This document shows, piece by piece, positions 1 through 7,002 of a DNA stretch of 58,301 nucleotides. Positions within the stretch are counted from its first letter, which is position 1. Each line of letters starts with the position of its first letter. The translations under genes were made by a program, and so were the position numbers. The notes beneath the pieces were generated by a model, which saw only the letters and a list, made by a program, of their open reading frames with translations, made no database searches and was not told where the DNA came from. This DNA comes from a virus (taxonomy: Duplodnaviria; Caudoviricetes): positions 1 to 58,301 of IMG/VR virus record IMGVR_UViG_3300032244_000142. One strand, given 5' to 3'.

Positions 1-60
1 TAAATGGTATAACAGTTGATTTGTAATCATCAATTGGCAGTTCGATTCTGTCAAGGGGCA
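1..60 (+). tRNA. tRNA-Thr(UGU), 5' end truncated by the window edge
   Basis: Anticodon arm GTTGA-TTTGTAA-TCATC, T-arm GGCAG-TTCGATT-CTGTC, 3' acceptor strand AAGGGGC-A. Confidence 0.88.
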
Positions 61-70
61 CACCAAATTC

Positions 71-144
71 GCGGGATTAGTTTAATGGCAAAACAGCAGA
101 TTTCCAATCTTCGGTCATCGGTTCGATTCCGATATCCCGCTCCA
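71..144 (+). tRNA. tRNA-Gly(UCC)
   Basis: Cloverleaf: acceptor GCGGGAT/ATCCCGC, anticodon loop TTTCCAA, T-loop TTCGATT, encoded CCA at 142-144. Confidence 0.95.
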
Positions 145-797
145 TGAAAGTCGGACTATTCATTAATCATCCAGAGTGTTCTCAAGATTGCTGTCTCGCA
201 ATCTCAGCAATACTGTCTTCAAAGTATGAAGTTCAAGTATTTGACATAAATGAATTAGCTGGAGAATTAAATCTAAATCAATTCTATTGCGTAATATTCC
301 CAGGCGGAATTGGTGATAGTAATTCTTATCATTATCTTTTCAAAAGAAAAGTTGCAAACAAAGTTGCAGATTATGTATTCTGGGGTGGGCGTTACTTAGG
401 CATATGCATGGGTGCGTATTGGGCAGCTCCAAGATATTTTGACATAGTGAATGATATGGATGTTGTTCAGTACATCAAACGAGACAATGCTGAGATAAAG
501 CGATCATATGCTACTACAGCAAAAGTGAATTGGAAAGGTTCTGAACAAGATATGTTTTTCTATGATGGATGTGCTATCATAGGCGACGAATCAAAATTTG
601 ATGTTATTGCTAGGTATGCAAATGGAGATCCAATGGCAATCATACAACGGCGAGTTGGCTTAATTGGTTGTCATCCAGAAAGCATGCAATATTGGTACGA
701 AGAGCCTTGGCAATATCTTGAATCCAAATGGCATGACGGCAAACATCATCAGCTATTGATAGAATTCGTGGATGACTTGATTTCCAGGAATTGTTGA
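144..797 (+). CDS. BPL-N / class I glutamine amidotransferase-like protein
   Basis: Motifs FPGG, GGRYLGICMGAY (nucleophile-elbow Cys) and HPE. Confidence 0.75.
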   Translation: MKVGLFINHPECSQDCCLAISAILSSKYEVQVFDINELAGELNLNQFYCVIFPGGIGDSNSYHYLFKRKVANKVADYVFWGGRYLGICMGAYWAAPRYFDIVNDMDVVQYIKRDNAEIKRSYATTAKVNWKGSEQDMFFYDGCAIIGDESKFDVIARYANGDPMAIIQRRVGLIGCHPESMQYWYEEPWQYLESKWHDGKHHQLLIEFVDDLISRNC

Positions 798-805
798 TAT
801 ATAAT
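777..805 (+). promoter_or_regulatory. sigma70-type promoter upstream of tRNA-Arg
   Basis: TTGATT-N17-TATAAT. Confidence 0.6.
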
Positions 806-816
806 GTTTTCACAAT

Positions 817-892
817 GCGACTGTAACTCAGTGGATAGAGTATCCGGCTTCTACCCGGTCTGTCGGGAGTTCGAATCTCTCCAGTCGCACCA
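817..892 (+). tRNA. tRNA-Arg(UCU)
   Basis: Acceptor GCGACTG/CAGTCGC, anticodon loop CTTCTAC, T-loop TTCGAAT, CCA end. Confidence 0.95.
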
Positions 893-916
893 CTTTATTT
901 TTTTAGGAGTTATTTT

Positions 917-1054
917 ATGAAGTACGAATGTCAGGTGTGTAGTCATATTCATGATGAAGAAGTTGATGGCAAGTTTGAAGACTTGCCAATGTTTTATCTT
1001 TGCCCTAGCTGCGGTTGCCATAAAGACGAATATGTTCCTCTAGAGCAAGCGTAA
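917..1054 (+). CDS. rubredoxin (45 aa; not in the ORF track)
   Basis: SD AGGAG, then MKYECQVCSHIHDEEVDGKFEDLPMFYLCPSCGCHKDEYVPLEQA. CxxC...FEDLP..Y.CPxCG is the rubredoxin signature. Confidence 0.88.
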   Translation: MKYECQVCSHIHDEEVDGKFEDLPMFYLCPSCGCHKDEYVPLEQA

Positions 1055-1060
1055 TGAATA

Positions 1061-1549
1061 ATGGGTGACAAGTCTAATGTATTGAAAGGTCGAAATAGTT
1101 TCGATAGTAAAATTGGAGATAGTCTTGTCACCTTCTTAAATAGAAATATCACAGAGTATCCAACAGAAGCTGGTGCACCAAAGTTTGAGTTAGTTCCAGT
1201 AAAGCAGCAAAAAGATTTAATGCTTAATGTTGCGAGAATGCATGCCCAACAAGAATATGATCGAATCATGGAAATGGTGCATGTGCTACAAAAGCAAGCA
1301 GAACAAATCAAACGCAGATTGTTCATCACAGATGCAGTACACTCTGCTGAATATAGCTTTCAAGTCTTTCATGGCCAATTCTATTGGCTATTCCTAAACA
1401 AAAAAACCAACGTCATTGGATTGTCAATCAATGGACCAAGTGATTGGACTTATGGTGCACCGGAACAATACGAATACATAAGCAGAGTTCGCTACATGGG
1501 TGACTCTACTTGGATTGAAGTTGACAAGGACGGAAACATTGTGATATGA
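1061..1549 (+). CDS. DUF2452-like protein
   Basis: Coiled coil followed by A.Y.F....GQ.Y.L and P..W motifs resembling DUF2452. Confidence 0.6.
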   Translation: MGDKSNVLKGRNSFDSKIGDSLVTFLNRNITEYPTEAGAPKFELVPVKQQKDLMLNVARMHAQQEYDRIMEMVHVLQKQAEQIKRRLFITDAVHSAEYSFQVFHGQFYWLFLNKKTNVIGLSINGPSDWTYGAPEQYEYISRVRYMGDSTWIEVDKDGNIVI

Positions 1550-1550
1550 T
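1521..1550 (+). promoter_or_regulatory. sigma70-type promoter upstream of tRNA-Leu
   Basis: TTGACA-N18-TATGAT. Confidence 0.55.
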
Positions 1551-1558
1551 ACAAAAAT

Positions 1559-1642
1559 GCGAGAGTGGTGGAACGGTATACACATCAGACTTAAAATCTG
1601 ACGCCGCAAGGATTGAGGGTTCGATTCCCTCCTCTCGTACCA
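1559..1642 (+). tRNA. tRNA-Leu(UAA)
   Basis: Anticodon arm TCAGA-CTTAAAA-TCTGA, long variable arm, T-loop TTCGATT, CCA. Confidence 0.95.
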
Positions 1643-1648
1643 ATCATA

Positions 1649-1723
1649 GGGCCTATAGCTTAATGGTAAAGCGTTCGACTCATAATCGATTGAGTCTAGG
1701 TTCAATTCCTAGTGGGCCCACCA
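1649..1723 (+). tRNA. tRNA with CAU anticodon, most likely Ile2 (lysidine-modified)
   Basis: Acceptor GGGCCTA/TGGGCCC; anticodon arm CGA-CTCATAA-TCG as in bacterial Ile2 tRNAs; lacks initiator features. Confidence 0.85.
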
Positions 1724-1747
1724 AAAAAACATAATCGGAATGTAAAA

Positions 1748-2224
1748 GTGTATCACCATAAACTCAACATAGAAGAAGTCAAAGAATTTATTTTAAATCA
1801 ATCTGAAGAAACAAAAATCTATGTTGGTTGTGATTCTGAAAGAGTTAACGTAAATGGAGTATGGCATGCAGATTACATTCTTGCTATTGTGATTCATCTA
1901 GATGGTAAGCATGGATGCAAACTATTTGGTGAAGTGCAAAGAGAACGAGATTTCGATCAGAAAGTTTCTAAACCTAGATATCGTTTGATGAATGAAGTTT
2001 ATAAGGTTTCTGAGTTGTATTTAAAACTAGCTGACGTTTTAGAAGATAGATATGTCGAAGTGCATTTGGACATTAATCCAAGTGATTTGCATGGAAGTTC
2101 TTGTGTTATCAATGAAGCTATTGGATTTATTAAAGGTACTTGCAATGTGATTCCAATGATAAAGCCTAAAGCATTTGCTGCTTCTTACGCTGCTGATAGA
2201 TTGAAAAGTCTGAAACTTGCTTAA
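1748..2224 (+). CDS. RNase H-like YkuK (DUF458) family protein
   Basis: KIYVGCDS, EVHLDIN and KPKAFAASYAAD motifs. GTG start at 1748 chosen because the longer ORF overlaps the tRNA. Confidence 0.8.
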   Translation: MYHHKLNIEEVKEFILNQSEETKIYVGCDSERVNVNGVWHADYILAIVIHLDGKHGCKLFGEVQRERDFDQKVSKPRYRLMNEVYKVSELYLKLADVLEDRYVEVHLDINPSDLHGSSCVINEAIGFIKGTCNVIPMIKPKAFAASYAADRLKSLKLA

Positions 2225-2238
2225 AATGAGGATTTAAA

Positions 2239-2514
2239 ATGAACGTGATTAAATCAGAATGGCACCAAGTAGAAGTTCAATACAAACTTGAACTTGATGA
2301 TGGCTTGATTAAAGAAATCTATTCCGATCTTGATGAAGAAGAATTGGAGCAAGTGTTACTTGAAATTGAAAATGGAGAAATAGATGCGATTTCAATTTTA
2401 GATCATGCAATGGAGAATGACATATTTCTAGAATGGGAATGGCATGGTGAAGATTGGTGGACGGACCGTAAAGGCGGATATGATGTAACTTATGCGATTG
2501 GCGAAGATGATTAA
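2239..2514 (+). CDS. acidic hypothetical phage protein
   Basis: ORF with SD GAGG, 91 aa. Confidence 0.7.
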   Translation: MNVIKSEWHQVEVQYKLELDDGLIKEIYSDLDEEELEQVLLEIENGEIDAISILDHAMENDIFLEWEWHGEDWWTDRKGGYDVTYAIGEDD

Positions 2515-2527
2515 AAAGGAGTTTGCT

Positions 2528-2941
2528 ATGAAACACTATGATGAATTGATTAATCTTGAAGAAAGTATTCATAAAGTCGAAGATTTTAAGAATATTTTTA
2601 AACTTGTTATTGCTGGAATTGAAAGTGAGATTGATATGAAAGTTATCAAGTCAGTATTGTATTCTTTAGAGCAAAACATTATTGATGCTTCTGATTCATT
2701 AAATGAATCATTTCAAACTGTTTGGAATGCAATTCGGGATGAAGATAATAATACATTTACTACAGCTGGGTTTGAACAAAGTTTTATGTCGGATCCTGCA
2801 CAAATTCCCACATTGACTACAACAAACTTTAGTGCATTGACAACTGCTGATTTGCGCGGGTACGATTCTTTCCTAACTTCAACATACGATCCTCCGATGA
2901 CGATTACGAGAATCACAGAACACTCGATGAACCAGCCATAG
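2528..2941 (+). CDS. hypothetical protein
   Basis: ATG at 2528 after SD AAGGAG; helical N-terminal half, Thr-rich tail. Confidence 0.65.
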   Translation: MKHYDELINLEESIHKVEDFKNIFKLVIAGIESEIDMKVIKSVLYSLEQNIIDASDSLNESFQTVWNAIRDEDNNTFTTAGFEQSFMSDPAQIPTLTTTNFSALTTADLRGYDSFLTSTYDPPMTITRITEHSMNQP

Positions 2942-2999
2942 GACGCGCCACAAGAGCGTTTTAGAACCTCTCCCTTACTTACCCATCACCCGTGAGCCG

Positions 3000-3036
3000 A
3001 AACCAGCCTGTAGAGCGTCCTATAGAGCTGGTTTTT
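3000..3036 (+). terminator. putative intrinsic terminator
   Basis: AAACCAGC-CTGTAG...CTATAG-A-GCTGGTTT hairpin followed by a T run. Confidence 0.55.
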
Positions 3037-3098
3037 GTTGTTTTTACGCAACAGAACGTGGAATAGTCCTTGACTTTCCTGGAAATTTGTTAGACAAT
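3036..3098 (+). promoter_or_regulatory. early sigma70-type promoter with upstream TGTTG-N8-CAACA palindrome
   Basis: Palindrome at 3036-3053; TTGACT (3070)-N17-GACAAT. Confidence 0.6.
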
Positions 3099-3132
3099 TG
3101 CAGAATCAAATAAACCCGAAAAGGAGTTCGAA

Positions 3133-3450
3133 ATGAGGAAATTGATCGCGTCTGGTCTGGTTGTGTCGCTACTTACTGGTTGTGCTTCAACCTTTGAGAC
3201 TTCATCTAAAGTTGGCAATTCAATTGGTCGAAATGAACCACAAAAGGTTGCTGCAATTGTAAATCCAGTATACAAACTAAACAATTACAATGGTCCAGAT
3301 GCAATGGATCGTAATGAAGCAATTCAAGCAGCCAAACAATGTTTATTTGCAAAGATGCGTCCTAATGTAGAATATGTTTCTGTTCGTACTGATGTTGGAT
3401 CTAAAGTTATGGTTCCAGTTAATGTGCATTGTGAGCCATATCTCCAATAG
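3133..3450 (+). CDS. predicted lipoprotein
   Basis: Signal peptide with lipobox LLTG-C; SD AAGGAG. Confidence 0.75.
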   Translation: MRKLIASGLVVSLLTGCASTFETSSKVGNSIGRNEPQKVAAIVNPVYKLNNYNGPDAMDRNEAIQAAKQCLFAKMRPNVEYVSVRTDVGSKVMVPVNVHCEPYLQ

Positions 3451-3458
3451 GAATTAAT

Positions 3459-3785
3459 GTGGAAATCATCTTTGTATCAGCAGTAATTGGACTTTTGTTA
3501 TATTATTGTTGGAGATTTGTTTTAATTGGTGCAATTGGGTTTGTTGTAATCTTTTGCGGTCTTGGTGCATACTTTGAACATGAAAAGCAGCATCAACAGC
3601 AATTGGAAATTCCAATTCAAACGGCAATTGTGCAACAAACAATTGCTAAAGTGGATCCACTAAAAGCTGAATACGTTCGCGATTGTGTTAGTTATGGTCT
3701 AGATCGAAATTGGTGCGAGCGACATTGGGATGACACCGACACTGACGATTTTGTTGCGTCAGCGCAACACCAAGAAAAGCCTTGA
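3459..3785 (+). CDS. hypothetical membrane protein
   Basis: Two N-terminal hydrophobic segments; GTG start. Confidence 0.6.
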   Translation: MEIIFVSAVIGLLLYYCWRFVLIGAIGFVVIFCGLGAYFEHEKQHQQQLEIPIQTAIVQQTIAKVDPLKAEYVRDCVSYGLDRNWCERHWDDTDTDDFVASAQHQEKP

Positions 3786-3809
3786 CTTTTCTGAAGATCA
3801 GCGTACAAT
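3752..3809 (+). promoter_or_regulatory. early sigma70-type promoter with upstream TGTTG-N8-CAACA palindrome
   Basis: Palindrome at 3752-3769; TTGACT (3782)-N16-TACAAT. Confidence 0.65.
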
Positions 3810-3843
3810 GGATCTTGTGGTGAGAGAGAAACGGGAGAAAAAA

Positions 3844-3954
3844 GTGTTTAATGCATATGTCGGTCAAATCGGTGAAGAATTCTACGAAATGTTAGAAGAA
3901 TTTTATGAATACGATTTGGATATGCTAGAATTCCTGTTGGGAGATGGGCAATGA
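3844..3954 (+). CDS. small acidic hypothetical protein (36 aa)
   Basis: SD GGGAG then GTG, just downstream of the promoter; stop overlaps the next ATG. Confidence 0.5.
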   Translation: MFNAYVGQIGEEFYEMLEEFYEYDLDMLEFLLGDGQ

Positions 3955-4127
3955 CAAAACTAATTGATCATCAGTACATGACAGAAGAAGGCATTCTTGT
4001 CACCGTATTTAAACCAAAGACTCCTAAGCGGAATCAAACATTTCCAGCAATGAAGTATACGATTGCTAATATTGGAAAGCAAGCGACCAATCTTCGAAAT
4101 GCTGGTTTTGCAAAAGCTAACACTTGA
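3951..4127 (+). CDS. small basic hypothetical protein (58 aa; not in the ORF track)
   Basis: MTKLIDHQYMTEEGILVTVFKPKTPKR...; SD GGGAG; ATGA overlap. Confidence 0.65.
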   Translation: MTKLIDHQYMTEEGILVTVFKPKTPKRNQTFPAMKYTIANIGKQATNLRNAGFAKANT

Positions 4128-4142
4128 CACAAGGAACACAAA

Positions 4143-4559
4143 ATGACCCAAGCCAATCAAACCGTCGATGCTGCAATGGAATACAAGTATACTCCGTGGG
4201 AAGAACTGTCGCGCCATGAGCAATTGTCATGCACCTTCTGGGATGCATACAAAGATGCACACGGTTTCCGTCCTAGGCACGTGGACACTTCAAAGATGAC
4301 AGAGGCGCAGCTTGAAGCTGAGTTGGAGTACCTCTTTATGGTCATCAAGCGCGAGGAAGATGATAGAATCGAAGATGAAATCCGAGCAGGTCAGCGGCTA
4401 GAGGAAACCATCTATAAGATGATGGATTGCGGTTGTCGGAATCGTGAGATGGCGATTCGTTGGCTGCATGAGGCTTACGAAACCAACGGCGACACCGAGT
4501 ATCTGGAATATAATCTCGGCGTTAATTATGGTTACTTTTCGGGTAAACGACATGACTAA
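4143..4559 (+). CDS. hypothetical phage protein
   Basis: SD AAGGA; 138 aa with a WDAYKDAHGFRPR motif. Confidence 0.75.
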   Translation: MTQANQTVDAAMEYKYTPWEELSRHEQLSCTFWDAYKDAHGFRPRHVDTSKMTEAQLEAELEYLFMVIKREEDDRIEDEIRAGQRLEETIYKMMDCGCRNREMAIRWLHEAYETNGDTEYLEYNLGVNYGYFSGKRHD

Positions 4560-4713
4560 TTTTTATGTCCATTGTGCTGAGTGTCAAAATAAACATTCGG
4601 TCAAAGACGTAGAATTCCTTGATGTTGAAGAGGATTACATTGGTCGGGACATTATGTTTTTTGTATGTCCTGAAACCCTAATCGAATCCAAATCATTGGT
4701 GTATAAAGAATGA
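4552..4713 (+). CDS. small Cys-containing hypothetical protein
   Basis: CAEC...VCP; overlaps both neighbours in operon fashion. Confidence 0.6.
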   Translation: MTNFYVHCAECQNKHSVKDVEFLDVEEDYIGRDIMFFVCPETLIESKSLVYKE

Positions 4714-4898
4714 ACGAACGACTTAAACTACTGGCTCATCAGGCTTGGGTTGACAATGACAATATGGATGATGGTGGATATACGGATTTGGAAAAGTTCG
4801 CCGAATCCATCATTGCCGAAACTTGTCGTATGCTAGCAGAGAATAAAGAGTTTAGAGCCGCTGTACTGGTAGGTCGACACTTCCCACTTTGGAAATAA
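4710..4898 (+). CDS. small 'MNER' family protein, copy 1
   Basis: MNERLKLLAHQA...LEKFAESII. Confidence 0.7.
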   Translation: MNERLKLLAHQAWVDNDNMDDGGYTDLEKFAESIIAETCRMLAENKEFRAAVLVGRHFPLWK

Positions 4899-4902
4899 CG
4901 AT

Positions 4903-5094
4903 ATGAACGAACGAATTCGTGAACTTGCCGAACAAGTATATGGTTCAGCACACTATGATGATTTCAAGTTTGCCGCTCTTGTCGCCGCGCATGAGAGGGA
5001 GCAATCAGCCAAGATAGTAGAGAACTATTGTGGGGCATGGGATGACCAAGGCTACGCGCTTGCCTCCGCTATCAGAAAAAGGGGACAGGAATGA
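4903..5094 (+). CDS. small 'MNER' family protein, copy 2
   Basis: MNERIRELAEQ...FAALVAAHERE...AIRKRG. Confidence 0.7.
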   Translation: MNERIRELAEQVYGSAHYDDFKFAALVAAHEREQSAKIVENYCGAWDDQGYALASAIRKRGQE

Positions 5095-5339
5095 ATCAAG
5101 AAGACATTATCCGCATGGCGCAGGATGCGGGGTTTGAAACTGCACAAATTGACCTTGTTCGTCGCTTTGCCGCTGTGCTTGGCGATTTTGCTGCCCTTGT
5201 CGCCGCGCATGAGCGGGAGGAGTGCTTAAAACTGGTTGATGAACAAATTCACAACATGACTGTTCTTGATAGTTATCCCGAACAATCAGGAGCAATTTAC
5301 CAAGCCATAATAAATATCCGCGCAAGGGGAGAGAAATGA
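5091..5339 (+). CDS. small 'FAALVAAHERE' family protein, copy 3
   Basis: MNQEDIIRMAQDAG...FAALVAAHEREEC...IRARG. Confidence 0.7.
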   Translation: MNQEDIIRMAQDAGFETAQIDLVRRFAAVLGDFAALVAAHEREECLKLVDEQIHNMTVLDSYPEQSGAIYQAIINIRARGEK

Positions 5340-5566
5340 ACGAACGAATTAAAGAACTTGCTAAACAGGCTGAATTTTCGAAAAATGAACTACATACCCA
5401 AGGTGATAATTTTCAAAGATTCGCCGAACTGATAATACAAGATTGTCTCGCACAAGTTGCAATGATTGGAATTTCAAACTTCGAAAATGATGATCATGGC
5501 GACATTTCATGGACTGTTTCTAAGTGTATTGAAATGATCAAGTATAGATTTGAAATTAAAGAATGA
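5336..5566 (+). CDS. small 'MNER' family protein, copy 4
   Basis: MNERIKELAKQA...FQRFAELIIQDC. Confidence 0.7.
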   Translation: MNERIKELAKQAEFSKNELHTQGDNFQRFAELIIQDCLAQVAMIGISNFENDDHGDISWTVSKCIEMIKYRFEIKE

Positions 5567-5582
5567 AAAACGGGAAAAAATA

Positions 5583-5924
5583 ATGTATTGTCCTGACAAA
5601 TGGGTGATGATTAAAGTGACAAGGGATGTGTTTCCAGAAGGAGACAAGATCCTTTACAAAATCTTCGGGTCATGGTATAATATTGATATGCGCTGGAGAT
5701 TGAATTCTGGAGTTACCAAAATTACCGAAGATGCAGATTCATATTATTTTCATGGCTATTCTGGTTCAGTTTACATGTGCAATAAACTTGCGTACGGAAC
5801 CACTGAACATGGAGAAAATGTATTGAAAGATTTTGTTGTATCCTCATTAGAAGTATTTGATTATGTTATTGAAGTTCTTCCAGCGGAAACAAATTTTATG
5901 GAGTTAAATTATGAAATCAATTAA
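5583..5924 (+). CDS. conserved hypothetical myophage protein
   Basis: PDKWV..., YKIFGSWY, WRLNSGVTKI and FHGYSGSVYMC motifs. Confidence 0.7.
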   Translation: MYCPDKWVMIKVTRDVFPEGDKILYKIFGSWYNIDMRWRLNSGVTKITEDADSYYFHGYSGSVYMCNKLAYGTTEHGENVLKDFVVSSLEVFDYVIEVLPAETNFMELNYEIN

Positions 5925-6114
5925 ATTACCAGATCAAGAATGGCTTGGATATGATCCTGAGATAGGTGATTTGCATGGATATTCTTTTGAACAGATGCGT
6001 GAATTCGCAAAAGAAATAATCGAACAATGCATTAAAATCTGCGAATCGGGTAATGCAACACAAATGACAAGTGCTGGCGCAGCTAATGCAATTAAACAAT
6101 TTTATGGAGTATAA
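5911..6114 (+). CDS. hypothetical protein whose C-terminal half resembles the MNER family
   Basis: REFAKEIIEQCIKICE...ANAIKQFYGV; SD GGAG. Confidence 0.65.
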   Translation: MKSIKLPDQEWLGYDPEIGDLHGYSFEQMREFAKEIIEQCIKICESGNATQMTSAGAANAIKQFYGV

Positions 6115-6117
6115 AAA

Positions 6118-6243
6118 ATGACATTTGAAACTATTATGAATGTTCTTTCTCTTGCTGGTTTTGCTGTATGTATGTTTTCTCTTGGGCGAGCATACGAAAT
6201 TAATTGTCAAATTAAGGAAATGAAAAATGAAACTGTGGGTTGA
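6118..6243 (+). CDS. small membrane protein (41 aa; not in the ORF track)
   Basis: SD GGAG; MTFETIMNVLSLAGFAVCMFSLGRAY... Confidence 0.55.
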   Translation: MTFETIMNVLSLAGFAVCMFSLGRAYEINCQIKEMKNETVG

Positions 6244-6412
6244 TCCGCCTTCTGGATGGAAATACGGATTTCCTAAAGTGTGGGATTCCGAGAAACATAA
6301 GAATTTTGAAGAATGGATTGTTTGGGCTGGATATCCAGAAGATGTTATGAAATCATTTGATGTGCATTTTTATGTTCGTCAATGGGAATATAAAGAGGAT
6401 GAAAATGAGTGA
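6227..6412 (+). CDS. hypothetical phage protein
   Basis: DPPSGWKYGFPK motif. Confidence 0.7.
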   Translation: MKLWVDPPSGWKYGFPKVWDSEKHKNFEEWIVWAGYPEDVMKSFDVHFYVRQWEYKEDENE

Positions 6413-6485
6413 TCGTGCAGTATTGGGATTTATTGTTGCTGGTTGGTTAGCTGTTATTACAATGATTCTTACTGGAGTTGCATAA
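6405..6485 (+). CDS. very small single-TM protein (26 aa; not in the ORF track)
   Basis: SD GAGG; MSDRAVLGFIVAGWLAVITMILTGVA fills the gap between neighbours exactly. Confidence 0.5.
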   Translation: MSDRAVLGFIVAGWLAVITMILTGVA

Positions 6486-6486
6486 A

Positions 6487-6732
6487 ATGTTTTTAGCAAA
6501 ACCTTATTTTAAAAACACTTTGAAATCGAAAACTTTCGATTCAATGCAAGAATGCCGACAATACCTAAATGAGTTTGCTGAAATGAAACTTTCAGTTGAA
6601 GATTGGATTGCATCTGGCAAACTTCTAGAGATTGATGAATACGGCGATACGTTCTATCCTGAGCAGTTTCCAGTTGTTGTGCAAGGCAAGACAGTCATGC
6701 GAAAGTTCGATTTTGACGCTCTTTTGTCGTAA
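6487..6732 (+). CDS. hypothetical protein
   Basis: SD GGAG, ATG at 6487. Confidence 0.65.
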   Translation: MFLAKPYFKNTLKSKTFDSMQECRQYLNEFAEMKLSVEDWIASGKLLEIDEYGDTFYPEQFPVVVQGKTVMRKFDFDALLS

Positions 6733-6783
6733 AAAAACAACAGACAGAAAAGCCTTGACTTCGCAGATCCACAGTGCTATAAT
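6725..6783 (+). promoter_or_regulatory. strong early sigma70 promoter with upstream TGTCG-N8-CAACA palindrome
   Basis: Palindrome at 6725-6742; TTGACT (6755)-N17-TATAAT with extended -10 TG. Confidence 0.8.
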
Positions 6784-6812
6784 GATTATGTTGGATGAGA
6801 AAGGAGATTGAA

Positions 6813-6971
6813 ATGACCCTCGACCAGTTGATCGTTCAGTTAGTTAATTACGAAGCGCTGCATGTTGCTCTACTTCAAGCCCAAGAAGATGTAGAGGTTC
6901 CTCATCAGAACCCGCAGATTGAAGCCGAGCATTTTTATGATCTTGACGCCGTACATTACGGCTTGATGTAA
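6813..6971 (+). CDS. small hypothetical protein (52 aa; not in the ORF track)
   Basis: SD AAGGAG; first ORF after the strong promoter; MTLDQLIVQLVNYEALH... Confidence 0.65.
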   Translation: MTLDQLIVQLVNYEALHVALLQAQEDVEVPHQNPQIEAEHFYDLDAVHYGLM

Positions 6972-7002
6972 TTTATATATTTTTGAGAAAAGGAATTTAA
7001 TC

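Noticed and set aside
1424-1734. ORFs 1546-1734 (+) and 1424-1705 (-), and the 1712 start of YkuK
   Set aside because: They overlap tRNA-Leu and tRNA-Ile2 and are typical tRNA shadow translations
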